Shown: one piece after another, positions 11,692-20,878 of the stretch | Numbering within the stretch: the stretch's first letter is position 1 | How the letters are laid out: each line of letters opens with the position of its first letter | Origin: an uncultured Chloroflexia bacterium | GTDB taxonomy: Bacteria > Chloroflexota > Limnocylindria > Limnocylindrales > CSP1-4 | Length of the DNA: 64,000 bases | Reading direction: 5' to 3' | Assembly (NCBI GenBank): GCA_963833225.1 | Contig: CAWHXD010000005.1 | Coordinates: 64,001-128,000, forward strand | Made by a program: the position numbers and the translations under genes | The notes under the pieces: generated by a model | Databases searched by the model: none | Seen by the model: the letters and a program-made list of their open reading frames with translations, nothing else | What the model was told of the DNA's origin: nothing

Positions 11692-14043
11692 GTGCTCGTC
11701 GAAAGCGTGCCCAATGTCTCCGAAGGCCGGCGTCTCGACGTCATCGAGCGCCTCGCGAACGCGCTGACCTCCGCCCCCGGCGTGTTCCTGCTGGATCGCA
11801 CCTCGGACGCGAGCCACAATCGGTCCGTGTTCACGGTCGCCGGCGAGCACGAAGCCGTCTCGGAAGGGCTGGAGCGGCTGGTGGACCAGGCCATCGCCGA
11901 CATCGACATGGACGTCCACAGCGGCGAGCACCCGCGGATTGGCGCCGTCGACGTGATCCCGTTCATCCCGCTCGGCGACACGACGATGGAGGCCTGCGTG
12001 GACCTGGCCCGGTCGTTCGGCGCCCGGATCGCCCACCGCTACGACCTCCCCGTGTACCTCTACGCCGGGGCGACGAGCCGCGCCGACCGGGTCAAGCTCG
12101 CCGACGTGCGCCGCGGCCAGTACGAGGGCCTCAAGGCGGAGATCACCCACAACGGACGCCAGCCGGATTTCGGGCCGGCGCAGATGCATCCGCGGTTTGG
12201 CGCGGTCGCGGTGGGTGCCCGGCCGTTCCTCATCGCCTGGAACATCAACCTCGACTCGGACGACGTGGAGCTGGCGAAGCGGATCGCCAGGCGCGTCCGG
12301 GAGTCGGGCGGCGGGCTGCCCCGGCTCCAGGCAAACGGGTTCCGCGTCGAGGAACCGGAACGAGGCCACCCCGTGCGCGCCCAGGTGTCGATGAACCTGC
12401 TCGATTTCTCGGTGACGCCGCTGTGGCTCGCCTGGGCGACGGTGCGTGAGCTGGCGGCCGAGGATGGCGTGTCGCTTGCCGAGTCGGAGCTGATCGGGCT
12501 GGCGCCGGTGGCGGCGCTGCTGGACGTTGCCGATCACGCCGGAGCGCCGCTGGATGCCGACGTGGAGACCCGACTGCGGGCCGCCGCCGAGGCGATCTCG
12601 CTCCGGGACTTCACGCCGCTGATGGCCCTCGAGCTGCGCCTCGCGGCGGCACGCAAGACCGGCCGGAATCCCGGAGTGACGCTCCGTCTGATCGAGGGCG
12701 GGCGTGCCTCGGCCGATGCGCCGGGGCTGCTGATCCACGGCGCGAGCCAGGTGGCGACGCTCGCCGGCGGGATTCGCCGGGGTGCGGCGCAGGACGATCC
12801 CGGTCTCCTCGACGCGGAGGTCGTCGGCGGGCCGGGGTCCGCAGCCGCCCCCGTCATCGCCTGCTGGGAGGGCCGGATCGTCGCGGTCGGCCCGAGGGAC
12901 CTGGTGGAGCAGGGTCTCGAAGCCAACGGGCTGCCGCTGGCGCGGTTCGTCCGGATCGACGCCGACGGTGGGGTCGTCACGCCCGGCCTGGTGGACCCTC
13001 ACACGCACCTGCTGTTCGCAGGTTCCCGCGAGGAGGAGCTCGTCCTTCGCCAGAAGGGTGCGAGCTATCTCGACATCCTCGCGGCGGGCGGTGGGATCCT
13101 GTCCACCGTGGCGGCAACCCGGGCCGCGACGCCGGAGCAGCTGGCAGCCCATGGGCGACGCTGGCTGGACGAGATGGTCCGCCACGGCGTCACCACGGTC
13201 GAGGCGAAGTCTGGGTACGGCCTGGACCTGCAGACGGAGCTGCGGCTGCTCGAGATCGCCTTCGAGCTTGGAAAGGAGGGACCCGTCGACGTGGTCCCGA
13301 CGTTCCTCGGCGCCCACGCCGTCCCGTCCGAGTACCGGTCGCGGCCGGACGGCACCGAGGCGTACGTCCGCCACGTGATCGAGGAACAGCTTCCCGGTGT
13401 GGCGGCGCAGGGCCGAGCGCGGTCGTGCGACGTGTTCTGCGAGCAGGGCGTGTTCACCGCGGAGCAGAGCCGCCGCATCCTGCAGGCTGCGGCCGCGTAC
13501 GGCATGGCGATCCGTTTGCATGCCGATGAGCTGGCGCCATCCGGCGGCGCGGAGCTGGCCGCCGAGCTTGGCGCGCTCTCGGCCGACCACCTCCACGTGC
13601 CATCGGACGAGGGGCTGGCGGCGCTGGCCGAGGCCGCGAACGGCGAGCGGCCAACGGTGGCGACCCTGCTCCCGGCGACGACCTGGTTCCTGATGGCCGA
13701 TGAGCCCGCTCCCGCGCGCCGGTTCATCGACGCCGGCGTCCCGGTTGCGCTGGGCACCGACTTCAACCCGGGCACGTCGCCCACGGCGTCGCTGCCGCTG
13801 GTGATGACCGTGGCCTGCCTCGCGATGAAGCTGTCGCCGGCCGAGGCGCTGGCGGCGGTCACGGTCAATGCCGCTCACGCAGTCGGGGCTGCGGACGAGG
13901 TCGGGTCGATCGAGCCCGGCAAGGCGGCTGACCTCGTGATCTGGCGCGCGACGGCCGTTGACCAGCTGCCCTACTGGGTCGGCGCCGACCTCGCCGAGAC
14001 GGTCATCAAGCGGGGTCGCGTGATCTACCGCCGGCCCGCCTGA
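11692..14043 (+). CDS. hutI: Glutamate formimidoyltransferase (11692-~12675) in frame with imidazolonepropionase (12676-14043)
   Basis: N-part ESVPNVSEGR, DASHNRSV, HPRIGAVDV, VSMNL; C-part PGLVDPHTH, EAKSGYGL, DVFCE, LHADEL, TDFNPG. Confidence 0.93.
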   Translation: MLVESVPNVSEGRRLDVIERLANALTSAPGVFLLDRTSDASHNRSVFTVAGEHEAVSEGLERLVDQAIADIDMDVHSGEHPRIGAVDVIPFIPLGDTTMEACVDLARSFGARIAHRYDLPVYLYAGATSRADRVKLADVRRGQYEGLKAEITHNGRQPDFGPAQMHPRFGAVAVGARPFLIAWNINLDSDDVELAKRIARRVRESGGGLPRLQANGFRVEEPERGHPVRAQVSMNLLDFSVTPLWLAWATVRELAAEDGVSLAESELIGLAPVAALLDVADHAGAPLDADVETRLRAAAEAISLRDFTPLMALELRLAAARKTGRNPGVTLRLIEGGRASADAPGLLIHGASQVATLAGGIRRGAAQDDPGLLDAEVVGGPGSAAAPVIACWEGRIVAVGPRDLVEQGLEANGLPLARFVRIDADGGVVTPGLVDPHTHLLFAGSREEELVLRQKGASYLDILAAGGGILSTVAATRAATPEQLAAHGRRWLDEMVRHGVTTVEAKSGYGLDLQTELRLLEIAFELGKEGPVDVVPTFLGAHAVPSEYRSRPDGTEAYVRHVIEEQLPGVAAQGRARSCDVFCEQGVFTAEQSRRILQAAAAYGMAIRLHADELAPSGGAELAAELGALSADHLHVPSDEGLAALAEAANGERPTVATLLPATTWFLMADEPAPARRFIDAGVPVALGTDFNPGTSPTASLPLVMTVACLAMKLSPAEALAAVTVNAAHAVGAADEVGSIEPGKAADLVIWRATAVDQLPYWVGADLAETVIKRGRVIYRRPA

Positions 14044-14068
14044 GCGTCGCCATCCTGGTCATCCCAGG

Positions 14069-14759
14069 TCAGGTGATCAACGCCGCCAGGATCAGCCCCT
14101 GGGCGACGTGATACGTCACCATCACCCCGGTGCCCAACACCCGCCCGTCGCTCCGCGGTCGGCCTGGCGCCGGTTCCCGGAACCGGCCCCAGCCCAGCAG
14201 CGCGTCCGAGGCCACGAACAGCCATGCCCCGGCGATCGCGGCGGGCTCGCCGGTCCGCGTCGCCGCCACCGCCATCAGCGTGATCACCGCCAGGTAGGCG
14301 GCGACCGGCGCGCCCAGTCCCGCGGCGCGTGCGGCACGGAGCAGGACGCGGCCGACGGTGGCCAGGACGGCCGCACCGGCCAGGAGCCCCACGGCCAGCC
14401 ACGCCGTCTCACCGCCCACCAGGAGGAACGCCGCGAGGTACGCGATGTGCGCCGCGAGGAAGGCCACGAGCCCGGGCACGAACCGCCCCGGCGGGAGCAA
14501 CAGGATGTCGCCGGCCAGTGACGCGACGAGCCCGGCCAGCAGCCATGGCCGCACGCTTGCGGCCAGCGCGGTGGGCCCAGGGATGACGAGGGCCGCGCCG
14601 ATGAGCGCCAACAGGACGAGGGGTTTCGCCACCCGCTCGACGAGCGAGCCCGTCGCGACCGCCGGTCCAGACGGCCACCCAATTCGCGACGGCCGCGACG
14701 GCGGCGACCGCGAGTGGAGCCCACGGCCCGATGGCCAGTCCTACACCGGCCTCGCTCAC
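14069..14759 (-). CDS. Lysoplasmalogenase (YhhN/TMEM86) family membrane protein, frameshift near 14645
   Basis: AKP, SLAGDILL, GLVAFLAAH, FVASD, TYHVAQ motifs. Confidence 0.88.
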
Positions 14760-14762
14760 GCC

Positions 14763-15434
14763 TCAGACCTTCCCGCGCGACTCCAGGAGCACGGTCGTGG
14801 TCTCGGGCGGCAGGCTTGACGCCGTCACCGAGAGCTTGGCCTGCGGCACGGGCTCAGCGCCCATCTCGTGCAGGAACTGCTTCATTGCCTCGTCGCAGTC
14901 CGCCTCGTCCTCGCAGACCGGCATCGGCACCACGATCTTGGGGTCCAGCTGGGCGATCAGCGCCGCCGCGTGGGTGGCCGTGAGCGCTCCGCCGATGGGC
15001 ACGCAGGCGATATCGACCCGTCCGAGATCGGAGAGCTTCTCCTCGGTCAGCTCGTGCCCGATGTCGCCGAGGTGGATCGTGTGCAGCCCGTCGAGCTCCG
15101 TCACGAACGCCGTCTGGCGGCCACGGCTGGCGCCCTTCTCGTTGTCGCGGAACGTCCGGACACCCGTCAGCAGCACCTCGTGGACCTCGTACTCGCCGGG
15201 ACCATCCAGCACGAACGCAGCCTCGAGGCTTGACGGGATCGCCGTTGTTCCGTCCCGGGAATGCCTGCCGGCCTTCTTCGCGAGCGGCGCGTCGTCCGGG
15301 TGGCTATAGGTCAGCACATCAGCGGTGATGCCGCGGCCGGTGGGCCCGACGATCGCCGGATACGCGTCGTTGACAACCACGGCGTCCTTGCCGCGCAGCC
15401 GGATGCAGGTTCGTCCGTACCAGGTGAGCTCCAT
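14763..15434 (-). CDS. MBL-fold protein (Lactamase_B_3-like) with degenerate metal-binding motif
   Basis: MELTWYGRTC, GPGEYEV, IHLGD, VPIGG, PKIVVPM; HxHxDH position reads SHPDDA. Confidence 0.85.
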   Translation of the reverse strand: MELTWYGRTCIRLRGKDAVVVNDAYPAIVGPTGRGITADVLTYSHPDDAPLAKKAGRHSRDGTTAIPSSLEAAFVLDGPGEYEVHEVLLTGVRTFRDNEKGASRGRQTAFVTELDGLHTIHLGDIGHELTEEKLSDLGRVDIACVPIGGALTATHAAALIAQLDPKIVVPMPVCEDEADCDEAMKQFLHEMGAEPVPQAKLSVTASSLPPETTTVLLESRGKV

Positions 15435-15455
15435 GTGCCGATCATTGCACACGGG

Positions 15456-15632
15456 GCTTGCTCCGGGCTCTCCTCCGCAGCACCTGCGGCCATCCGGGGC
15501 GAATCCGGCCTTAACGGGAGGGACCGGAAGCGCCTGCCCAATCGGCACTCCCGGTCCGAGGGAGGGAGGATGGAACCTGAGGGGTGTTCCGGCACGAACA
15601 ATAGACGCGGCTGGATTCAAGCCCGGCGGGGC
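15456..15632. ncRNA. Structured ncRNA candidate (6S-like architecture); strand uncertain
   Basis: Nested pairings CCGGGCT 15463-69/AGCCCGG 15620-26 and GAATCCGGCC 15501-10/GGCTGGATTC 15609-18; hairpins at 15475-89, 15521-57 and 15572-90; lies between two divergent genes. Confidence 0.5.
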
Positions 15633-15715
15633 GAACGGTTAAGAAACGGACATCTCGCGGCCGGAACAGATGGTCTCGAGGGGGTCGCCGCGACGCCATG
15701 GCACAATCGCGCTTC

Positions 15716-17078
15716 ATGACTGCCCGTACACGCCGTTCACGGGGACTGGTCGCGCTGGTCGCGGCCCTGGTCGTCGCCGCCTGCGGCCCCGCCGCCCCAA
15801 GCCCCTCGCCAGCGACCACGGCGCCCGCCAGCACGGCTCGGCCCACCTCGACGGTTCCGGCGACCGAGCGTCCATCCGCCTCGGCGACCAGCTCGGTGTG
15901 CGACGACAGCGTGGTGGGGTCGCCGACGGCCACCTCGGACGCGAACGATCCCAACGCGGGCACCTACGCGGACATCGAGTCGCAGGTGGAGGAGCTGCGC
16001 GGGCTGACCGCGACCACGCCGGTCGAGCGCGGCCTGTTCGACACCGCCGGGCTGTGCGCCTACCTCCGCGAGAGCTTCCGCAAGGACAACCCCGAGGACC
16101 TCGTCCGCAGCACGGAGGTGCTGTACAAGGAGCTTGGCCTGCTGCCGCAGGACGCGTCGCTCGAGCAGCTCTACCTCGACCTCCTCACCAGCCAGGTGGC
16201 AGGCCTCTACGACGACGACACCAAGCACATGTACGTCGTGAGCCAGTCGGGCGCGATTGGACCGACCGAGGAGATCACCTACGCGCACGAGTACACCCAC
16301 GCCCTCCAGGATCAGCGTTTCGTGCTCAAGGACGTCATCGGCGATGCCACCGACCAGGGGGATCGCACGATGGCCAAGCTCACGGTGGTCGAGGGCGACG
16401 CCACCCTGGTCATGACCCTGTGGGCCCAGCGCTATCTGACCCCAGCCGAGCTGTCGCAGATCGCCGGCAGCGTGGATCCCGCCTCACAGGCCATCCTCGA
16501 CGGGATGCCCTCGATCCTGCGGGACCCCCTCGAGTTCCCCTATTTGCAGGGTCTCCAGCTGACGCTCGGAGCCTTCTCGAGCGGCGGCTTCGACGCCGTC
16601 AACGACCTGTTCACCAACCCGCCCGACTCCACGGAGCAGATCCTCCATCCCGCCAAGCTCCAGGCTCGCGAGCAGCCGGTCGATGTCACCTTCCCGGACG
16701 ACCTCGCCACGCGCCTCGGCGCTGGCTGGAAGGTCGCGGCCCAGGACACGTTCGGTGAGCTCCTGCTCGGGATCCTCCTCCGCAACGCCGACGGCGCCGA
16801 CCGGGACCTCCGACGCCGCCGCGGGCTGGGGTGGTGACCGCGTCGCGCTCATCGAGGGTCCAGACGGGCAGGTCGCCGTGGTCCTCGACACGGTCTGGGA
16901 CACGGACGCCGATGCTGCCGAGTTCGAGACGGCACTCGGGCCCACCGTCACGGAGCTGACCGGCCTGGGCCGCACGCCGGCCGTCCTGCGTCCTGCCCCT
17001 GACCGGGTCGTGCTGATCAGCGCCGAAGCCGCGGACACCATGGGTCGAGTTGCCAACGTCCTCGGCCTCGCCGAGTAG
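15716..17078 (+). CDS. Lipoprotein with zinc-metalloprotease motif, frameshift near 16800
   Basis: Lipobox VVAAC, Pro/Thr linker, AHEYTH plus downstream EGDA, NPPDSTEQILHP, GWGGD. Confidence 0.8.
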
Positions 17079-17087
17079 CTGCCCGGG

Positions 17088-18785
17088 CTACATCGTCTCG
17101 GGGGCGGAGATTCCCAGCAGCGCCAGGGCGTTGGCCAGCGTCGTCTTGGTGGCCAGGGCGAGGGCAAGCCGCCGCGCGGACCGCTCCGGCTGCCCGGCGT
17201 CCACGACCCGCGCGTCGCGGTAGAACGCGTGGAACTGGGTGGCCAGCTCCGTCGCGTACGCCGTCACACCCTGGGTCTCCTCGCCGAGGACGGCATCCTC
17301 AACCACCTCTGGCAGCCGCGAGACCGCCCGCGCGAGCGCCGCCTCCGGTTCGCCGTCGAGCACGCCGGCCGTCGACGCGGCGGGCGCCAGCCCGGTGTCC
17401 GCGGCCTTGCGGACGATCGAGCTGATGCGTGCGTGCGCGTACTGGACGTAGTAGACGGGGTTGTCGGCTGACTGCTGACGGGCCTGCTCGATGTCGAAGT
17501 CGAAGGCGACATGGGCCGACCGGGAGGCGAAGAACCACCGGGCCGCGTCGGTGCCGACAGCATCGAGCAGGTCGTCGAGCGTGACAAACGTCCCGGCTCG
17601 CTTGGACATCGACACCTCGACCCCGTCCACCACGAACCGGACCCAGCCGATGAGCAGCACCTGGTAGTGGTCCGGGTCGTAGCCCATCGCCTGGGCCGCG
17701 TTCTTGTTGCGGGCGACCGTTCCGTGGTGATCCACGCCCCAGATGTAGATCAGGTGGTCGAAGCCCCGGCTGAACTTCTCGGTCACGTAGCCAATGTCGG
17801 CCGCAAAGTAGGTCGGCCGGCCATCCGAGCGGTAGATCACCCGGTCCTTGTCGTCGCCGTACGCCGTGGACCGGAACCAGGTTGCGCCGTCCTGTTCGTA
17901 GACCTCGCCAGCCGCCCGCAGCCGCTCGACTGCCCGCTCGACCCAGCCCTCCTCGTGGAGTGATGCCTCGCTCTTCCAGACGTCGAAGTGGACGCCCAGC
18001 CGGGCGAGGCTGGCCTCGATCATGCCCCGGACCCGCTTCGAGGCCCAGCCGCCGAGGACGGCGGCCGGATCGGCGCCATCAGCGTTCGCTGCTGCCCACA
18101 CGTCATCCGGGACCTCGCGGGCGAGCTGATCGACGTAGGCGCCCTTGTAGCCGTCATCGGGGACAGGCTCTCCGCGCCGCACCGCGGCAACCGAGGCGCC
18201 CAGGTGGTTGATCTGGGCTCCGGAGTCGTTGAAGTAGTACTCGCGGGTGACGGTCTGCCCACCTGCCTCGAGGATCCGGCACAGCAGATCGCCGACGAAG
18301 GCGCCCCTGGCATTCCCCACCGTCAGCGGGCCGGTGGGGTTGGCTGACACGAACTCCACGTTCACGGCCCGCGGGTTCACGGCCGGGATGCGGCCCCACG
18401 CCGCCGGCGCCGCAAGGATCCCAGCGAGGAGCGCCTCGTAGGCGGCGCTGGAGATCCGCAGGTTGAGGAACCCCGGTTTCGCGACCTCGGCCGATTCGAT
18501 GAGCCCCGCCCCAGCCGCGCCCCGCAGCTGCTCCGCGAGCGCTTCGGCGATCTCCAGCGGCGAGCGGCGGAGCGGCCGGGCAAGCTTCATGGCGAGATTG
18601 GTGGCGAAGTCGCCGAAGGCCGCATTGCCCGGCCGCTCGACCTCCACGGCGGGCGCGCCGGTCATGTCATCGAGCCCCGGCAGGCGCCCCGAAGCCACGG
18701 CGTCCGCCCACGCGCGCTCGACTGCGGCGCGGACCCGGGCACGGATGGCCAGGGGCGCAGCGACGGCATGGGTGCGGGTGGACAC
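17088..18785 (-). CDS. argS: Arginine--tRNA ligase
   Basis: FGDFATN, VEFVSANPTGP, GDDKDRV, YFAADI, MSKR, NPVYYVQYAHAR, LLGISAPETM; GGAGG upstream of GTG 18785. Confidence 0.97.
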   Translation of the reverse strand: MSTRTHAVAAPLAIRARVRAAVERAWADAVASGRLPGLDDMTGAPAVEVERPGNAAFGDFATNLAMKLARPLRRSPLEIAEALAEQLRGAAGAGLIESAEVAKPGFLNLRISSAAYEALLAGILAAPAAWGRIPAVNPRAVNVEFVSANPTGPLTVGNARGAFVGDLLCRILEAGGQTVTREYYFNDSGAQINHLGASVAAVRRGEPVPDDGYKGAYVDQLAREVPDDVWAAANADGADPAAVLGGWASKRVRGMIEASLARLGVHFDVWKSEASLHEEGWVERAVERLRAAGEVYEQDGATWFRSTAYGDDKDRVIYRSDGRPTYFAADIGYVTEKFSRGFDHLIYIWGVDHHGTVARNKNAAQAMGYDPDHYQVLLIGWVRFVVDGVEVSMSKRAGTFVTLDDLLDAVGTDAARWFFASRSAHVAFDFDIEQARQQSADNPVYYVQYAHARISSIVRKAADTGLAPAASTAGVLDGEPEAALARAVSRLPEVVEDAVLGEETQGVTAYATELATQFHAFYRDARVVDAGQPERSARRLALALATKTTLANALALLGISAPETM

Positions 18786-19022
18786 AGACGGCCTCCTGTC
18801 GACTTGGCGGGATGCGGCGCCAATCCTACCGGTCGGGGACCGCCAGACGTCATGGGACTCACTGGTGCGATGACGCACCGGATCGGCGCGGCTCGGGGAG
18901 GCGCTGCGCAGACCGGGGACGTCCGGTGCGGTTGGCGGCAGTACCCTTGGGGGGCTGCCCCCTAGTACCTTGCCCATCTCGGGTGGTCCGGTCTTGCCGG
19001 TCGGCCCGGGGGAGGACGCCTT

Positions 19023-19240
19023 TCAGGTGCACCGGCGATCCCTCCCGCCACGGATTCATCGGCGTCATTGGACGCCACCAGGGTCACGTTCCAACCCACG
19101 TCAATACCGGGGACCCCGAACGGCGCCGGCAACGGCCTGCTCCCGGTCCCCCTCGCCCTCGCCGGGATCATGCTTGGCCTGGGACACCGAGTCCCAGGCC
19201 CGGCGCGACCCCGCCGGCGGAACCATCGGGGTCGAACGCC
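19023..19240 (+). pseudogene. Remnant or mini-ORF with a PPxTD surface-protein tail
   Basis: Frame of ORF 19068 extended upstream reads SGAPAIPPATDSSASLDATRVTFQPTSIPGTPNGAGNGLLPVPLALAGIMLGLGHRVPGPARPRRRNHRG; no signal peptide or clear start. Confidence 0.5.
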
Positions 19241-19311
19241 CCGCGGGACCGAGGCCGGTCATCAACCGGTCCCGGACACTCCGCCGCCCGACCTTTGGGT
19301 CCCCGAGACCC

Positions 19312-19345
19312 GGACGGGACGCACAAGCCTGAGTGCGTCCCGTCC
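19312..19345. terminator. Perfect 13-bp hairpin after cassette 1
   Basis: GGACGGGACGCAC-8 nt-GTGCGTCCCGTCC. Confidence 0.55.
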
Positions 19346-19544
19346 GTCAACCTCCAGGCGGTGCCGCAAGTCACCGCGAACCTGTCAAACACCCGACGCG
19401 CGGGTGCAAGGGCCTATGCAAGCAGGCCGCCGGACAGTACCTTTCGTCATATACGAGTAGTACTCATGGGGTAACGGCGCCAAATCGCCCAACGGGCGCC
19501 CGGACCGTAGGCACCCGGTGAGCAGACGGGAGTCAGGTATCGAG

Positions 19545-20321
19545 ATGAACACGAAGATCAAGATCGCTGGGCGGCTGGCCGCGGCCGCCATCCTCGGCGC
19601 GGCGCTCATTGCGCCTGCGGCCGTCCTCGCCCAGTCGGGCAACCAGGAGAACGTCAGCTCCGAGGGTCGGAGCTCCGACTGCACCGGCGGGCCAGGCGGC
19701 TCGGACATCACGCCCGGTGAAGGCCAGGTCGCGTGGCTGTTCGTCCACGCGAGCACGAACGCCACGTCCGGGACGCTGACGGCCAACTTCGACGGTGCGG
19801 GCGCCGTCCAGGCCAGCAGCTACATCCAGGGCGGGATCAAGTACCTGATCGTGACCAGCCGTCCGGAGACGCTGCTCACCTTCTCGGACACGATCGAGGA
19901 CGGCGTCCTCAATCTGAGCCACACCTGCTACGGCCCGACATCGACACCGGCGCCGACGCCGACCGAGTCACCGACCGAGTCGCCGACCGAGTCACCGCTC
20001 GAGACCCCGACTGAGTCACCGCTCGAGACCCCGACCGCGACGCCGACGGAGACCCCGACGGAGACCCCGACGGCGACGCCGACCGGAACCCCGGACACCG
20101 AGCAGACGCCGACTCCCACCCCGACAGCGGACCCGACTCCGACCCCGACCGGCACGGTCGAGGCCGAGACCGGCAAGCCCCATGTCACCCCGCCGTCCAC
20201 GGACGCCGGGATCGCGGGCGGGTCCAGCTCGTCCGGCGGGCTGCCGATCGTCCTCGTGGCGATCGCCGGCATCCTGGCCACGAGCCTGGCGCTGCTGCCG
20301 CGGCGACGCTCCACCCGCTAG
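19545..20321 (+). CDS. Secreted surface protein with Pro/Thr stalk and C-terminal PPxTD-TM-basic tail
   Basis: Signal peptide MNTKIKIAGRLAAAAILGAALIAPAAVLA, small domain with two Cys (ending LSHTC), PTES/PTET repeats, VTPPSTD, hydrophobic helix, PRRRSTR. Confidence 0.85.
   Translation: MNTKIKIAGRLAAAAILGAALIAPAAVLAQSGNQENVSSEGRSSDCTGGPGGSDITPGEGQVAWLFVHASTNATSGTLTANFDGAGAVQASSYIQGGIKYLIVTSRPETLLTFSDTIEDGVLNLSHTCYGPTSTPAPTPTESPTESPTESPLETPTESPLETPTATPTETPTETPTATPTGTPDTEQTPTPTPTADPTPTPTGTVEAETGKPHVTPPSTDAGIAGGSSSSGGLPIVLVAIAGILATSLALLPRRRSTR
19940..20150 (+). repeat. Coding tandem repeats (TPTES/TPTET)
   Basis: Imperfect 12-nt units such as CCGACCGAGTCA and CCGACGGAGACC. Confidence 0.8.
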
Positions 20322-20346
20322 TCACTCGCATCCCGACCCGACTCCA

Positions 20347-20373
20347 GGCCGGGGCCGCAAGGCCCCGGCCTTT
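20347..20373 (+). terminator. Intrinsic terminator
   Basis: GGCCGGGGCC-GCAA-GGCCCCGGCC-TTT. Confidence 0.8.
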
Positions 20374-20466
20374 CCATGCCCCGGCCCCAGGCCCCCGGTG
20401 CCCCGTACCCCTGTCATGGGACCTGCGTTGACCCGACGCACCGAAGTCTGCTGACCGGTAGGTCGA

Positions 20467-20850
20467 TTGGTGGGGTTCCATGGGGTTGGGGGCCGAACAG
20501 AGGTACTGGACCCGGCAGGACCGGTAGGCGACGATGGCTGCCTCGCTGTTCAGGCCAGCGAGCGGGTGATCGCCACCCGGCCACCGCCCTCCCCGCCGGC
20601 AACCCGGCACCTCTCGGGGACCAGGACATGCCGGCCGCTAGCTGTCCAGGCGATCGGATCTCGAGCTCCAGGTCCCGAAGGCGACGTGGCTGGCACCACG
20701 GGGCGGCCCGTCCTGACACCGCCACCCACCGATTCCATCTCCGCCGCGACCACGCCGGGCACCAGCCTGCAGGTGCTCCTCGTCCTCGGGGTCGTCGGAT
20801 CGTTGCTCGCGCTGCTGGTGTCCAGGGAGCCAGCTGCGCGAGGGCGCTAG
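20467..20850 (+). pseudogene. Remnant or mini-ORF with an intact PPxTD-TM-basic tail
   Basis: C-terminus GDVAGTTGRPVLTPPPTDSISAATTPGTSLQVLLVLGVVGSLLALLVSREPAARGR*; N-part lacks a signal peptide, start uncertain. Confidence 0.55.
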
Positions 20851-20878
20851 ACCGTCGCTGTCCCCGACAGGCCCACAC

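Noticed and set aside
15495-15510. GGGGCGAATC resembling the c-di-AMP (ydaO) riboswitch core
   Set aside because: The downstream CCCGAACCCGUCAGCUAAC-type element is absent
19008-19152. Possible 6S/Ms1-like RNA (CAGGTGCACCGGCG...CGCCGGCAACGGCCTG pairing, ACCCAC motif)
   Set aside because: The same bases translate to a PPATD-TM-basic tail like the neighbouring cassettes. The pairing is short and expected by chance at this GC content.
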